In this document: positions 50,468 through 60,002 of the stretch, one piece after another | Position numbering within the stretch: the stretch's first letter is position 1 | Layout of the letters: each line of letters begins with the position of its first letter | Source of the DNA: Lentimicrobiaceae bacterium | Lineage (GTDB): Bacteria > Bacteroidota > Bacteroidia > Bacteroidales > JAAYJT01 | NCBI GenBank assembly: GCA_037445555.1 | Contig: JBBIKG010000017.1 | Span: 2,329 to 66,328, forward strand | Length of the DNA: 64,000 nt | Direction of reading: 5' to 3' | The notes under the pieces: model-generated | What the model saw: only the letters and a program-made list of their open reading frames with translations | Told to the model about the DNA's origin: nothing | Databases searched by the model: none | Position numbers and translations under genes: made by a program

Positions 50468-50542
50468 ACCGCCGACCTGATACTTCATGTCGCCTGAAAA
50501 CAATTTCACAGACCTGCTTGTTGAAAGACTAAATTCTCTGCT

Positions 50543-51406
50543 ATGGACGGAAAAATATTAATAATCACAGGGGCCACCTCAGGGATAGGAAAAAAGGCAG
50601 CTCTGGAACTTTCGAAAATGGGCGCAAGAGTAGTAATCACAGCGCGTAACCTAGAAAAAGGAAATTTTGTGGCCAGCGATATCAGCCGGCAATCGGGGAA
50701 TGAGGTCAAGGTGTTTCATTGCGACCTTACCTCACAGGCGTCAATACGTAAATTTGCCGATGATTTCGGCAGACAGTTTGATACGCTCGATGTACTGATC
50801 AATAACGCCGGGGTGTGGCACCGACAACTTACCCTTACACCGGATGGATTTGAAGAAACGTTTGCCGTAAACGTGCTCGCTCGCTATCTGATGACAACAT
50901 TACTATTGCCTCATCTCAAAAGAAGTGGCATGCCGCGTGTCATAACCACCTCGAGCGGGTTGCATTTTGGAAATATAAATTTTAAGGACATAGAATACCG
51001 GCAGAAGTTTTCAGGGTTTCATGCCTATCGGCAGTCGAAACTTTCAGTCATACTGCTGACGCGCTACTTGGCCAATATATTGAAAAAACATAATATCAAC
51101 GTGAACTGCTTTCATCCCGGATTCATCGCCACCGACCTTGGCCGCAACAGCAGCAAGGTGATGGAGTATATGTTCAAGTTTTTCGGACAATCGGTGGATA
51201 AAGGCGCCAAAACCATGATATATCTGGCATCCGATGCTTTTAACAACAAGATCAGCGGCGAGTACTTAGTAAACAATAAAGTGCGGCGAACCACGCGTCA
51301 GTCCTACGATATGGCTGCAGCAAAAAGACTCATGGACGTTATAGAGAACATGACCGGGGAGAGACTGGTTGTTTTGAATGATTCAAAATGTATTCTCAAG
51401 GCGTGA
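50543..51406 (+). CDS. SDR-family oxidoreductase
   Basis: TGATSGIGK, NNAG and YRQSK motifs. 287 aa. Confidence 0.85.
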   Translation: MDGKILIITGATSGIGKKAALELSKMGARVVITARNLEKGNFVASDISRQSGNEVKVFHCDLTSQASIRKFADDFGRQFDTLDVLINNAGVWHRQLTLTPDGFEETFAVNVLARYLMTTLLLPHLKRSGMPRVITTSSGLHFGNINFKDIEYRQKFSGFHAYRQSKLSVILLTRYLANILKKHNINVNCFHPGFIATDLGRNSSKVMEYMFKFFGQSVDKGAKTMIYLASDAFNNKISGEYLVNNKVRRTTRQSYDMAAAKRLMDVIENMTGERLVVLNDSKCILKA

Positions 51407-51610
51407 TACAGGCTCGCCCCTCAGGCGAAATGGTAGGAGAATAATGTCTTAACTATCAGTAGTTTATATTGCTCAATACTGATTGTCTCACTCCGTGTGC
51501 AAAAGCGGTAAACAAAATTGATTTTATTCTTCAAGTGTGTTTCCTGATCCCAATAAGGTAACTAACTTTGGTTGTCATTTATTTTAACCGAGCCAGAGTT
51601 ACAAACCTAT

Positions 51611-54463
51611 ATGATCATGAGGAAATTACTGAAAATCATATCAGTGACTATTGTTGTGGTAATATCACTTATCGTCGTCACCCCGTTTGTTTTCAAGAAC
51701 CGGATCATAGAATATGCAATCACTGAGCTTAACCGCAACCTGAATGCCACAATCAGTTTTTCGAAAGTCAGCGTTGACCCGTTCCGTAGCTTCCCGGATC
51801 TCAGATTAGGGCTAAACGAATTGTTGATCATAAGCAAAGCGCCATTCGAAGGCGATACATTCATGCTTGTCAGGCGCATGCATGTTACATTTGATATATT
51901 CAGCATGTTGAAAGGAAACCCATACGAAGCAAAAAAAATAGCACTCAGCCGGCCCTATATCAACCTGCTTATTAAGACCGATGGCACGGCCAACTGGGAT
52001 GCAATACTTCCGGTTTCTGATGCTAAGGAAGGCGCAATTGCGGATACTTCACAGGCCTTAGTCTTAAGAATTAATGAGCTGGCAATCAATGAAGGCCGGG
52101 TCAATTATGACGACCAGGAGATAGACATGCAGATACTCCTGAACGAGGTCGGGGGTAAAGCAAAAGGTGCGCTCTCTGAGAAACTTTCCAACCTCCTCAT
52201 ACAGGCACAAGCCGAATCGTTATCAGTAATCTATCACAAAACCGCCTATCTTGACAGAATTAAAGCGTCCTATGAAGGATTGTTTGATATCGATCTGTTA
52301 AAAGACTATTATACATTACGCAACAGTAAAATCAACCTGAATCAGTTGGAACTTGTCGCCGAAGGCGGATTTGGTTTTGTAGGAGATGACATTTCTATCG
52401 ACTTGTCGTTCAACTCAATGGATCAGGGATTTAAAAACCTTCTTTCTGTGGTGCCGGTAGTTTATAACAGGCAGTTTGATAAATTGCAGGCACAAGGTAT
52501 GTTTACGTTCAACGGATGGTTCAAGGGGCTGTACGGCGACACCTCTTTTCCCGGGTTTGGCCTTAATCTGAAAGTGGATCAGGGTGCTGTGCAGTATGCA
52601 GGTCTGCCGGGCAGCGCCACCAGCATACATCTTGATCTGGCAGTGGTGAACTCATCAGGACTCATTGATGACACTCAGATAAAGATTCCGAAGGCCTCCC
52701 TATTGTTTGATGGGAACCCGGTGCAGGCCTCGTTAATACTGAAGTCGCCTGTAAGCGACCCTTACATTAATCTTGATATCCTAGGCCGGGTTGACTTGTC
52801 GCGATTGGAAAAAGTGTTCCCGCTTGCTGACAATCAGCGTTTTACTGGGATTGTTGACGTAAAAGCGGCACTTGACACACGACTATCCCACCTAACGCAA
52901 AAAAGATATGGACTGGTTAATGCTACAGGTTATTTTCACGCCACCAATGTGTCGTTCGGTAATTCTTGGAATTTGAAACCGTTTTCGGTGGAAATGGTAA
53001 GGTTGGACTTTAGCCCGGCTGTAACAGAAATGGCCATGAAAGAACTGAATATAGGCAGTTCTACATTGGATGCCACCGGTCGGCTGCAGCATTATCTTGG
53101 TTACCTGTTGAGTAATGAAAACCTGATGGCAGATTTGTCTGTGAATGCCGCAATGATAGATGTAGACCAGCTTCTTGATTTAGTTCTTTTAAATGAATTT
53201 CCTATTCCTGACACCGCCAAAACAGGTGCGGTCATTCCCAAACTGCCTTCAAATATTGAGGCCGTCTTCCAGCTTCAGGCCGATAGCATCTTATACAAAA
53301 ATTATCGGCTTGGTAAGGCACTCGCAAAGGTGAATTACAAAGATGGGGTGGTGCAGTTTAATCCACTCGAGAGCTGGTTATTAGGAGGGAAGGTGGAGCT
53401 ATCGGGCACGTTTGATGCCAGAGGCCCGGAACATGCATGGGTTGATTTGGATATAAGAATCTCGGATTTTAACATTGCTAAATCATATAAGTCCATGGGT
53501 CTGCTGCAGGCTGCTGTACCAGTTGCCGAGCGCACAAGAGGAAGTTTTAGCACCGGGCTGTTGCTGAAAGGAAAATTTGACAACAACTTAAATCCGGTAT
53601 ATGAGTCGTTGCAGGGGGGCGGATTGCTTAATACTTCAGCAATCAGCATCACGACAGTTGAAACGTTGAACCGGTTGGGCGATCTTTTTGGCAACAACGA
53701 CTATAAAGAACTCACAACTCAGGGGGTCGATTTAGCTTTTCAGTTTATTAACGGCAAGCTTTTCCAACAGCCTTTCACCATCAAATGGGCCGGTACTACC
53801 ACCACTGTCAGCGGTTTTGTGGGCTTTGATAAGATCATTAATCTTGACTTGGTTTTTCAGGTGCCATTTGAAAAATTTGGCCCGGGTGCCAATCAGGCGA
53901 TGCAACGTATGGCTACCGAAGCCGCCCGCAAAGGCATTAACGTATCGCCTGACAAAGGATTGATTGTAAAGGTGAATCTTGGCGGCTCGATACTCCATCC
54001 CACCATAACACTCGACTATAGATCGGCTGTTGCTGATATAAAAACTCAATTGCAGCAGGCTGCCATACTACAGCTTGAACAGCAAAAAGAAGAGTTTCAG
54101 CAAAAAATCAGCGAGCAGGCTCAGCGTTTGCTTGATGAAGCCAAACTACAAGGTGATGCGCTTATTGCGCAAGCTGGGCAGGCTGCGGCCAGGATCCGGG
54201 CAGAAGCAGCGGCAGCCGCGGAGAAGATTCTTAAGGAGGCCGAAATCAGGGTTCAAAGGGTGGAGGAAGAAGCTCGTAAAAAGGGACCACTGGCTGAGGC
54301 TGCCGCCAGAGAGGTAACCCGGAGAATCAGGCAAGAGGCTTCAAACCTTGCTCAAAAAACCATCGCGGAGGCTGACAAACAGGCCGAAAATATTTTAGCG
54401 GAGGCGCAAAAACAGGCTAATGATCTCATGACAAAAGCCAGAGAAAAAGCCGAGCGACTTTAG
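51611..54463 (+). CDS. AsmA-family outer-membrane biogenesis-type protein with a C-terminal Ala/Glu/Lys-rich coiled coil
   Basis: N-terminal TM anchor (RKLLKIISVTIVVVISLIVV) and a long beta-rich body typical of AsmA/TamB-like proteins. The last ~140 aa are helical low complexity. I use the ATG at 51611. Confidence 0.7.
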   Translation: MIMRKLLKIISVTIVVVISLIVVTPFVFKNRIIEYAITELNRNLNATISFSKVSVDPFRSFPDLRLGLNELLIISKAPFEGDTFMLVRRMHVTFDIFSMLKGNPYEAKKIALSRPYINLLIKTDGTANWDAILPVSDAKEGAIADTSQALVLRINELAINEGRVNYDDQEIDMQILLNEVGGKAKGALSEKLSNLLIQAQAESLSVIYHKTAYLDRIKASYEGLFDIDLLKDYYTLRNSKINLNQLELVAEGGFGFVGDDISIDLSFNSMDQGFKNLLSVVPVVYNRQFDKLQAQGMFTFNGWFKGLYGDTSFPGFGLNLKVDQGAVQYAGLPGSATSIHLDLAVVNSSGLIDDTQIKIPKASLLFDGNPVQASLILKSPVSDPYINLDILGRVDLSRLEKVFPLADNQRFTGIVDVKAALDTRLSHLTQKRYGLVNATGYFHATNVSFGNSWNLKPFSVEMVRLDFSPAVTEMAMKELNIGSSTLDATGRLQHYLGYLLSNENLMADLSVNAAMIDVDQLLDLVLLNEFPIPDTAKTGAVIPKLPSNIEAVFQLQADSILYKNYRLGKALAKVNYKDGVVQFNPLESWLLGGKVELSGTFDARGPEHAWVDLDIRISDFNIAKSYKSMGLLQAAVPVAERTRGSFSTGLLLKGKFDNNLNPVYESLQGGGLLNTSAISITTVETLNRLGDLFGNNDYKELTTQGVDLAFQFINGKLFQQPFTIKWAGTTTTVSGFVGFDKIINLDLVFQVPFEKFGPGANQAMQRMATEAARKGINVSPDKGLIVKVNLGGSILHPTITLDYRSAVADIKTQLQQAAILQLEQQKEEFQQKISEQAQRLLDEAKLQGDALIAQAGQAAARIRAEAAAAAEKILKEAEIRVQRVEEEARKKGPLAEAAAREVTRRIRQEASNLAQKTIAEADKQAENILAEAQKQANDLMTKAREKAERL

Positions 54464-54579
54464 GTCGGTGTATTCCCGGTTTGCTGAATGTTGATTCCGC
54501 CATATTTCAAACTGATGGTATTGGTTTTTTTCTAATTTTATGGACCTGAAAACAACACAAATCCATCAAAACCAAAACC

Positions 54580-56043
54580 ATGACAACAAAAGGAGTTGAC
54601 TTTTACAAACAGGCGGGCATGCGTGCCATGCAATGGCATGAAGAAAACATGAAAAAGATGCGCAAGTGCCGTTTTGATACCATAGCTGTACATGGCATCT
54701 ACTCCATGCAGGAAGCAATTGATTTCAACCAGGGCTCCATCATAGAGCCTATTTATATGAGCACTTCGCAGGCTTATCGCGACAGCGATGAAATGGAAGC
54801 TGCACTCTCCTATCAGATACCCACATGGTGCTACTCACGTATAGCCAACCCAAGTATGTATTACCTTGAAGGCGTACTGGCACTGCTCGAAGGGTATAAC
54901 AGCGGTGTTGAAACCTCCTGCATTGCCACTGCGTCGGGCATGGCCGCTATACAGAGCGCTGTGGATCCTTTCTTGATTGATGACCCCGCACGCCCTAACC
55001 TACCCAGAAACTTTGTAGCCAATTGTCAGGTGTACGGCGGTACCTTTCAACAGTTCGCCATGCGCAAACAATTGGAACGAAATATTGAATGGCGCAAGGT
55101 GTTGAATAGCAATGATATAAGTGAGTGGGAAAAACATATTGATGAAAACACCCGTTTCCTCTACGGTGAACTACCAAGCAATCCATCGCAGGCGTTTTTT
55201 GATATCAAACAGGTGATAGATTTGGCGCACAAATATGGCATCCCGGCAATTTTCGACTCAACCGTAGCTACTCCTGCGCTGTTGCGACCTATTGAATACG
55301 GGGCTGATATCGTGGTCCAATCAGTAACCAAATCGTTGTTTACCAGTGGTTTTGGAATTGCGGGAGCTGTTATTGCAAGAAAAAACATTACAACCCGCCT
55401 CGATAACCCTGCAGCTAAAGCCGACTTCTGTGCATACCTGAAGCAACTCCCGAACCGAGACAACGGTCCGAATATTTCGCCCATGAATGCCATACTTGCA
55501 ATCAACGATATACGCACCATTCGCGGTCGTATGGATCAAGCAAGCATGAACACCATGAAAATTGTTGAATTTCTTAAGCAGCACAAACACATCGAAGGTG
55601 TAGATTATCTTGGACTGAAGAACCATCCGCTGCATCAGGTGGCATCAAAATACCTTTTCCTTGCCGATTCAGAGTTTGACGAAAGATACGGTAGCCCCGT
55701 CAATCGCTACGGCCACCTGATGTCGTTCAGGGTGAATGGAGGCGCTCAGCAGGCACGAATGGTATTTGATGCCTTTGAACGTATCTGGCGTGCTACCGAC
55801 TTGGGGCGCATTAAGTCGGTAGCTACTATACCCGCCATTTCTACTCACAGCCAGCAGGGTGAAGCAGGCAGGGCTCTGGCTCAGATACCACCTCATCTTA
55901 TTCGTTTGTGTGTTGGTCTGGAACATCCCGACGATATTATCGCCGACCTTGATCAGGCTTTGGGTGTGCTGGATGGGAAAAGGATTTTCTTTACCTCACC
56001 CGAATATTCGGCGGGAGGTGCATCGGGTGCAACATTACGCTAA
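54580..56043 (+). CDS. Divergent Cys/Met-metabolism PLP-dependent enzyme (O-acylhomoserine sulfhydrylase / CGS superfamily), 487 aa
   Basis: Family layout is recognisable: YSRIANPS, FDSTVATPALLRPIEYGADIVVQSVTK with the PLP lysine. The segment after the lysine (SLFTSGFGIAG) is non-canonical and the protein is unusually long. 10 nt upstream of thrC. Confidence 0.78.
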   Translation: MTTKGVDFYKQAGMRAMQWHEENMKKMRKCRFDTIAVHGIYSMQEAIDFNQGSIIEPIYMSTSQAYRDSDEMEAALSYQIPTWCYSRIANPSMYYLEGVLALLEGYNSGVETSCIATASGMAAIQSAVDPFLIDDPARPNLPRNFVANCQVYGGTFQQFAMRKQLERNIEWRKVLNSNDISEWEKHIDENTRFLYGELPSNPSQAFFDIKQVIDLAHKYGIPAIFDSTVATPALLRPIEYGADIVVQSVTKSLFTSGFGIAGAVIARKNITTRLDNPAAKADFCAYLKQLPNRDNGPNISPMNAILAINDIRTIRGRMDQASMNTMKIVEFLKQHKHIEGVDYLGLKNHPLHQVASKYLFLADSEFDERYGSPVNRYGHLMSFRVNGGAQQARMVFDAFERIWRATDLGRIKSVATIPAISTHSQQGEAGRALAQIPPHLIRLCVGLEHPDDIIADLDQALGVLDGKRIFFTSPEYSAGGASGATLR

Positions 56044-56053
56044 ATAAATTGAA

Positions 56054-57409
56054 ATGCTGACTCTGAAATATTACTCTACCAACCGGAAAGCTCCGGTGGT
56101 GTCTTTTGGCGAGGCGCTGCTTAATGGCCAGGCGCCTGACAGAGGGCTCTATATGCCGCTACAGGTTCCAAAAATCAAACCCGACATACTGAGTTCCCTG
56201 TCCGCAATGTCTTATCCGGAGGTTGCCTTTACCGTTCTGAATGAATTCCTGAGAGGCGAAATACCTGAATCGGTGTTGCATGCGATGACTTCGGAGGCCT
56301 ACAACTACCCGGTTCCGCTCGAGTTGGTCTTTGAACGAAAATTTGTGATGAGGCTCGATCAAGGGCCTACGGCTTCGTTCAAAGATTTTGCTGCCCGCAT
56401 GATGGGAAAGCTGATGAGCTATTACCTCGCTCAGACACACTGCAGGCTTCTGATTCTTACAGCAACATCAGGCGACACAGGCAGTGCAATAGCGAATGCC
56501 TTCTACGAACTCGATAACATCGACGTGGTAGTACTCTTCCCGAGACTTGAAGTGACATCGCGCCAGCGAAAGCAGATGACAACTCTGGGTAAGAACATTC
56601 GGGTGATTGAGGTTGACGGAAAATTTGATGATTGTCAGGCTTTGGTCAAAAGAGCATTTGCTGATCCGGAACTGGCATACCTGAATTTGTCTTCAGCCAA
56701 TTCCATCAATATCGGAAGGCTTATTCCCCAGGCGGTGTATTACGTGTATGCCTGGGCTCAATTAAGGACTTCGGTGGCCGACAAACCCGTATTTGTGGTT
56801 CCGTCAGGGAATTTCGGCGACATGATGGGTGGGATCATTGCCTGGCGTATGGGACTGCCTGTTAAACGAATGGTGATAGCTGTGAATGAGAATGACGAGT
56901 TTCAGCAATTTCTTGAGACCGGGAAATATCAGAAGATTGAACCGTCGGTCAATTGCATTTCGAGTGCTATGAATGTGGGTCACCCAAGCAATCTGGCACG
57001 GCTGGTAGATTTATATGGAGGCGAGATGGATGAGCGGGGAAATCTGAACAGACATCCCGACATAAATCAGATGCGCCATGATATGTTTGCGGTTTCAATC
57101 AGCGATAGCCGTACTCGCGATACCATCCATGATGCCTGGAAAGAGCATAAGTTACTACTCGAACCTCACGGAGCTGTGGGATGGGCTGGTTTTCAGCACT
57201 ATATCAGTTCAATTGGCAATGATCCCGAACAACTTTTTGTGGTACTTGAGACAGCAAATCCTGCAAAATTCCCTGAGCAGATTAACGAAATCCTTCAGTT
57301 TGATCCCCTGTTGCCTGCAAGTCTGCAAGGACTCGAGGAAAAAGATGAACATTACGACCACATCACTAATGACTATGACACTTTCAGAAATTACTTGTTG
57401 AGCAGATAA
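56054..57409 (+). CDS. thrC: Threonine synthase
   Basis: PLP-lysine motif region GPTASFKDFAA and the long-form ThrC architecture. 451 aa. Confidence 0.9.
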   Translation: MLTLKYYSTNRKAPVVSFGEALLNGQAPDRGLYMPLQVPKIKPDILSSLSAMSYPEVAFTVLNEFLRGEIPESVLHAMTSEAYNYPVPLELVFERKFVMRLDQGPTASFKDFAARMMGKLMSYYLAQTHCRLLILTATSGDTGSAIANAFYELDNIDVVVLFPRLEVTSRQRKQMTTLGKNIRVIEVDGKFDDCQALVKRAFADPELAYLNLSSANSINIGRLIPQAVYYVYAWAQLRTSVADKPVFVVPSGNFGDMMGGIIAWRMGLPVKRMVIAVNENDEFQQFLETGKYQKIEPSVNCISSAMNVGHPSNLARLVDLYGGEMDERGNLNRHPDINQMRHDMFAVSISDSRTRDTIHDAWKEHKLLLEPHGAVGWAGFQHYISSIGNDPEQLFVVLETANPAKFPEQINEILQFDPLLPASLQGLEEKDEHYDHITNDYDTFRNYLLSR

Positions 57410-57458
57410 CGATGGTGGTGCGTTATTGTAATGTAATTAATAGCCCCCAAATCCAATT

Positions 57459-58664
57459 ATGAAATATATCATCATACTCGCAGATGGCGCCTCAGATTAT
57501 CCGGTTCCGGAACTTGGGGGCAAAACTCCATTAATGGTCGCAAACAAACCCAACATTGATGCCCTTTGCAGGAGAAGCCGGTGCGGTTTGCTCGAAACCG
57601 TTCCCGGAGATATGCCGCCGGGGAGCGAGATAGCAAATCTGGCCGTACTTGGTTATGATGTGCGTAAGGTTTATCAAGGCCGTGGAGTACTCGAGGCTGC
57701 CAGTCTTGGCGTCCTGCTCGATTCTGGCGAACTGGCAATGAGATGTAATCTCATTTGTGTCGATCCCGAAGGAAAAATAAAGAACCACAGCGCCGGACAT
57801 ATTTCCAGCGAAGAGTCCCATCAGCTGATCGACTTCATCAACCGAAACCTCTCAACAGAACATTTCAGGTTTTACAACGGGGTAAGTTACCGGCATTTGT
57901 TCGTGATGAAAGGGGGTTCCAATCAGATTGAGTGCACTCCCCCCCACGATGTACCCGGCACTCCGTTCAGGCAGGTGCTCGTTAAAAGCAGGAAACCTGA
58001 CGGCGAAGGGACAGCCGCTTTACTGAATGAGCTGATTCTGAAATCACAGCAAACGTTACCTGAACATCCGGTGAATAAGGCACGAGTGGGTGCTGGAAAA
58101 GATCCGGCGAACTCTCTATGGTTTTGGTCGCCGGGATACAAGCCGCAAATGCAAACCTTTCAGGAACTTTACGGAAAAACAGGTGCAGTGATATCTGCTG
58201 TTGACCTGATTTATGGAATAGGGGCATATGCCGGTTTTGAGGCTGTCAAAGTGCCCGGGAGCACAGGACTCTGGAATACGAATTATGAAGGTAAGGCGCA
58301 GGCTGCAGTTGATGCGCTGAAAAGAGTAGACCTGGTGTACCTGCATATAGAAGCAAGCGATGAGGCAGGGCACGAAGGCGATTATGAGTTGAAGGTTCGC
58401 ACCCTGGAGTACCTTGATCAGCGGGTGGTTAAGTATATTGTGGAGCAAACTGCAGGTTTGGAGGAACCTGTAACCATCGCCATACTGCCTGACCATCCCA
58501 CCCCTTGCGCCCTCCGGACCCATGTGCATGATCCTGTGCCGTTCATGATTTACCATCCCGATGTGAAACCGGATGGTGTTGAAAAGTACGATGAGGAGTC
58601 TGTGAGAGAAGGGTATTACGGGTTGTTAAAAGGAAAAGAGTTCATTGCAGCATTGTTGAAATAA
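57459..58664 (+). CDS. Cofactor-independent phosphoglycerate mutase homolog of the 'proposed homoserine kinase' type (ApgM-like)
   Basis: MKYIIILADGASDYPVPELGGKTPL... is an alkaline-phosphatase-superfamily metalloenzyme of the archaeal-type iPGM family. Placement directly after thrC is the hallmark of the homoserine-kinase-replacing subgroup. Confidence 0.78.
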   Translation: MKYIIILADGASDYPVPELGGKTPLMVANKPNIDALCRRSRCGLLETVPGDMPPGSEIANLAVLGYDVRKVYQGRGVLEAASLGVLLDSGELAMRCNLICVDPEGKIKNHSAGHISSEESHQLIDFINRNLSTEHFRFYNGVSYRHLFVMKGGSNQIECTPPHDVPGTPFRQVLVKSRKPDGEGTAALLNELILKSQQTLPEHPVNKARVGAGKDPANSLWFWSPGYKPQMQTFQELYGKTGAVISAVDLIYGIGAYAGFEAVKVPGSTGLWNTNYEGKAQAAVDALKRVDLVYLHIEASDEAGHEGDYELKVRTLEYLDQRVVKYIVEQTAGLEEPVTIAILPDHPTPCALRTHVHDPVPFMIYHPDVKPDGVEKYDEESVREGYYGLLKGKEFIAALLK

Positions 58665-58680
58665 ATCATAACTTTTAACC

Positions 58681-59232
58681 ATGACTGTTATACCCAAACG
58701 GATGGTGAAGTTACTATTGGGTGCGCTGTTAGTCAGCATAATCCTGGGCAGTGTCCCCTCATCTGCTCAAGAGCAGACCATCATAGAATTTTATGCCGAA
58801 ACCCCGGCTGTATCTGACCTTGTGCTCGAGGTTGAAACCACCGTCACGGGCAAGGTGGAGTACACGCCATTCGGTTGGAAGATACCTCCGGGACATATCG
58901 TGCGGATTGAGATACAGCACCCACCTCCCGAAATGGCTATGGCCGAAGTTCGGCTGGGGTATGATTGGAGCGGGGGTGTGGTCTCTGCTATCTTTGCAGG
59001 ACATGGGGTCCGACGGAATAAATACAAGGTATTTCAGGAAATGCTCTATCCCAACGAAACTCAAAAACGTATTTTCCCCGACATGTATGCCCGAGGATAT
59101 GAATTTAGCATACAGACCGTTTTCAGTCAGTCGGCGGGTGACAATTATTTGTTGCTTCAGTCGCTCTCCTTGATCTGGCAACCTGAGAAAAAAGAAGACA
59201 ATAGCTCTCGAACCCAGGATAAACAACCCTAA
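58681..59232 (+). CDS. Secreted hypothetical protein (183 aa)
   Basis: Signal peptide (MVKLLLGALLVSIILGSVPSSAQ). Spacing is tight, 16 nt from the upstream gene and 14 nt to the downstream gene. Two other long ORFs overlap in other frames, so the coding frame was chosen on the signal peptide and operon logic. Confidence 0.5.
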   Translation: MTVIPKRMVKLLLGALLVSIILGSVPSSAQEQTIIEFYAETPAVSDLVLEVETTVTGKVEYTPFGWKIPPGHIVRIEIQHPPPEMAMAEVRLGYDWSGGVVSAIFAGHGVRRNKYKVFQEMLYPNETQKRIFPDMYARGYEFSIQTVFSQSAGDNYLLLQSLSLIWQPEKKEDNSSRTQDKQP

Positions 59233-59246
59233 TTCCCGTCAACCAT

Positions 59247-60002
59247 ATGAATACTGAAAAAGTCGCTCTTGTTACCGGAGCCTCACGTGGCATCGGAAAA
59301 GCCATATCCATACAACTGGCTTCGAAAGGAATAACAATAGCATTACAGTATAACCAGAACATACTGGCAGCCCAGGAAACACTTGCTATGCTGGAGGGTG
59401 GCGGGCATGACTTATTCTCGAGTAATCTTGCAAACTTCGAAGCAACGGTGAAGCTGGCAGACGACATCCTGAAACATTACGGACGAATCGATGTGCTGGT
59501 AAACAATGCAGGAGTATATATTGAGAAACCTTTTCTGCCGCTCAACCTTGACGAGTGGAAGCGGATTTGGGACGAAACAATTGACCTTAATCTGACGGGG
59601 CCGGCGCATCTTTCCTTTGTTGTCGGAAAAGTTATGGCAGAACAAGGTCATGGCCGTATCATCAATATCACCTCGCGGGGAGCATTCAGGGGTGAGCCCG
59701 ATGCACCGGCCTACGGAGCCAGCAAAGCAGGATTGAACAGTTTAAGCCAATCGTTTGCAAAAGCATTGGCTCCGCAAAATATTATGGTTTTTACAGTGGC
59801 TCCGGGTTTCGTTGAAACCGATATGGCACGTGATGCGCTGCACGGACCCCGCGGCGATGAAATACGGGCTCAAAGCCCGCTAAACCGAGCTGCAAGCCCC
59901 GATGAAATTGCTAACCTGGTAGCCTATCTCGCCATCGATGCCCCTGCCTACCTGACAGGAAGCATTATTGATATTAATGGAGCCTCTTATTTGAGAAATT
60001 GA
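59247..60002 (+). CDS. SDR-family oxidoreductase, FabG-like
   Basis: TGASRGIGK, NNAG and YGASK motifs. 251 aa. Confidence 0.85.
   Translation: MNTEKVALVTGASRGIGKAISIQLASKGITIALQYNQNILAAQETLAMLEGGGHDLFSSNLANFEATVKLADDILKHYGRIDVLVNNAGVYIEKPFLPLNLDEWKRIWDETIDLNLTGPAHLSFVVGKVMAEQGHGRIINITSRGAFRGEPDAPAYGASKAGLNSLSQSFAKALAPQNIMVFTVAPGFVETDMARDALHGPRGDEIRAQSPLNRAASPDEIANLVAYLAIDAPAYLTGSIIDINGASYLRN

Noticed and set aside
54075-54317. An 80-aa alternative-frame ORF rich in Arg/Lys inside the AsmA-family gene
   Set aside because: It is a by-product of the GCN/GAR/AAR-rich low-complexity coding region of the AsmA C-terminal tail.
54464-54579. A SAM riboswitch or other leader upstream of the PLP enzyme/thrC operon
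   Set aside because: The 116-nt spacer is AT-rich. It lacks the conserved GC-rich helices and kink-turn-type motifs I would expect for SAM-I or SAM-II, and no convincing terminator/antiterminator pair is present.
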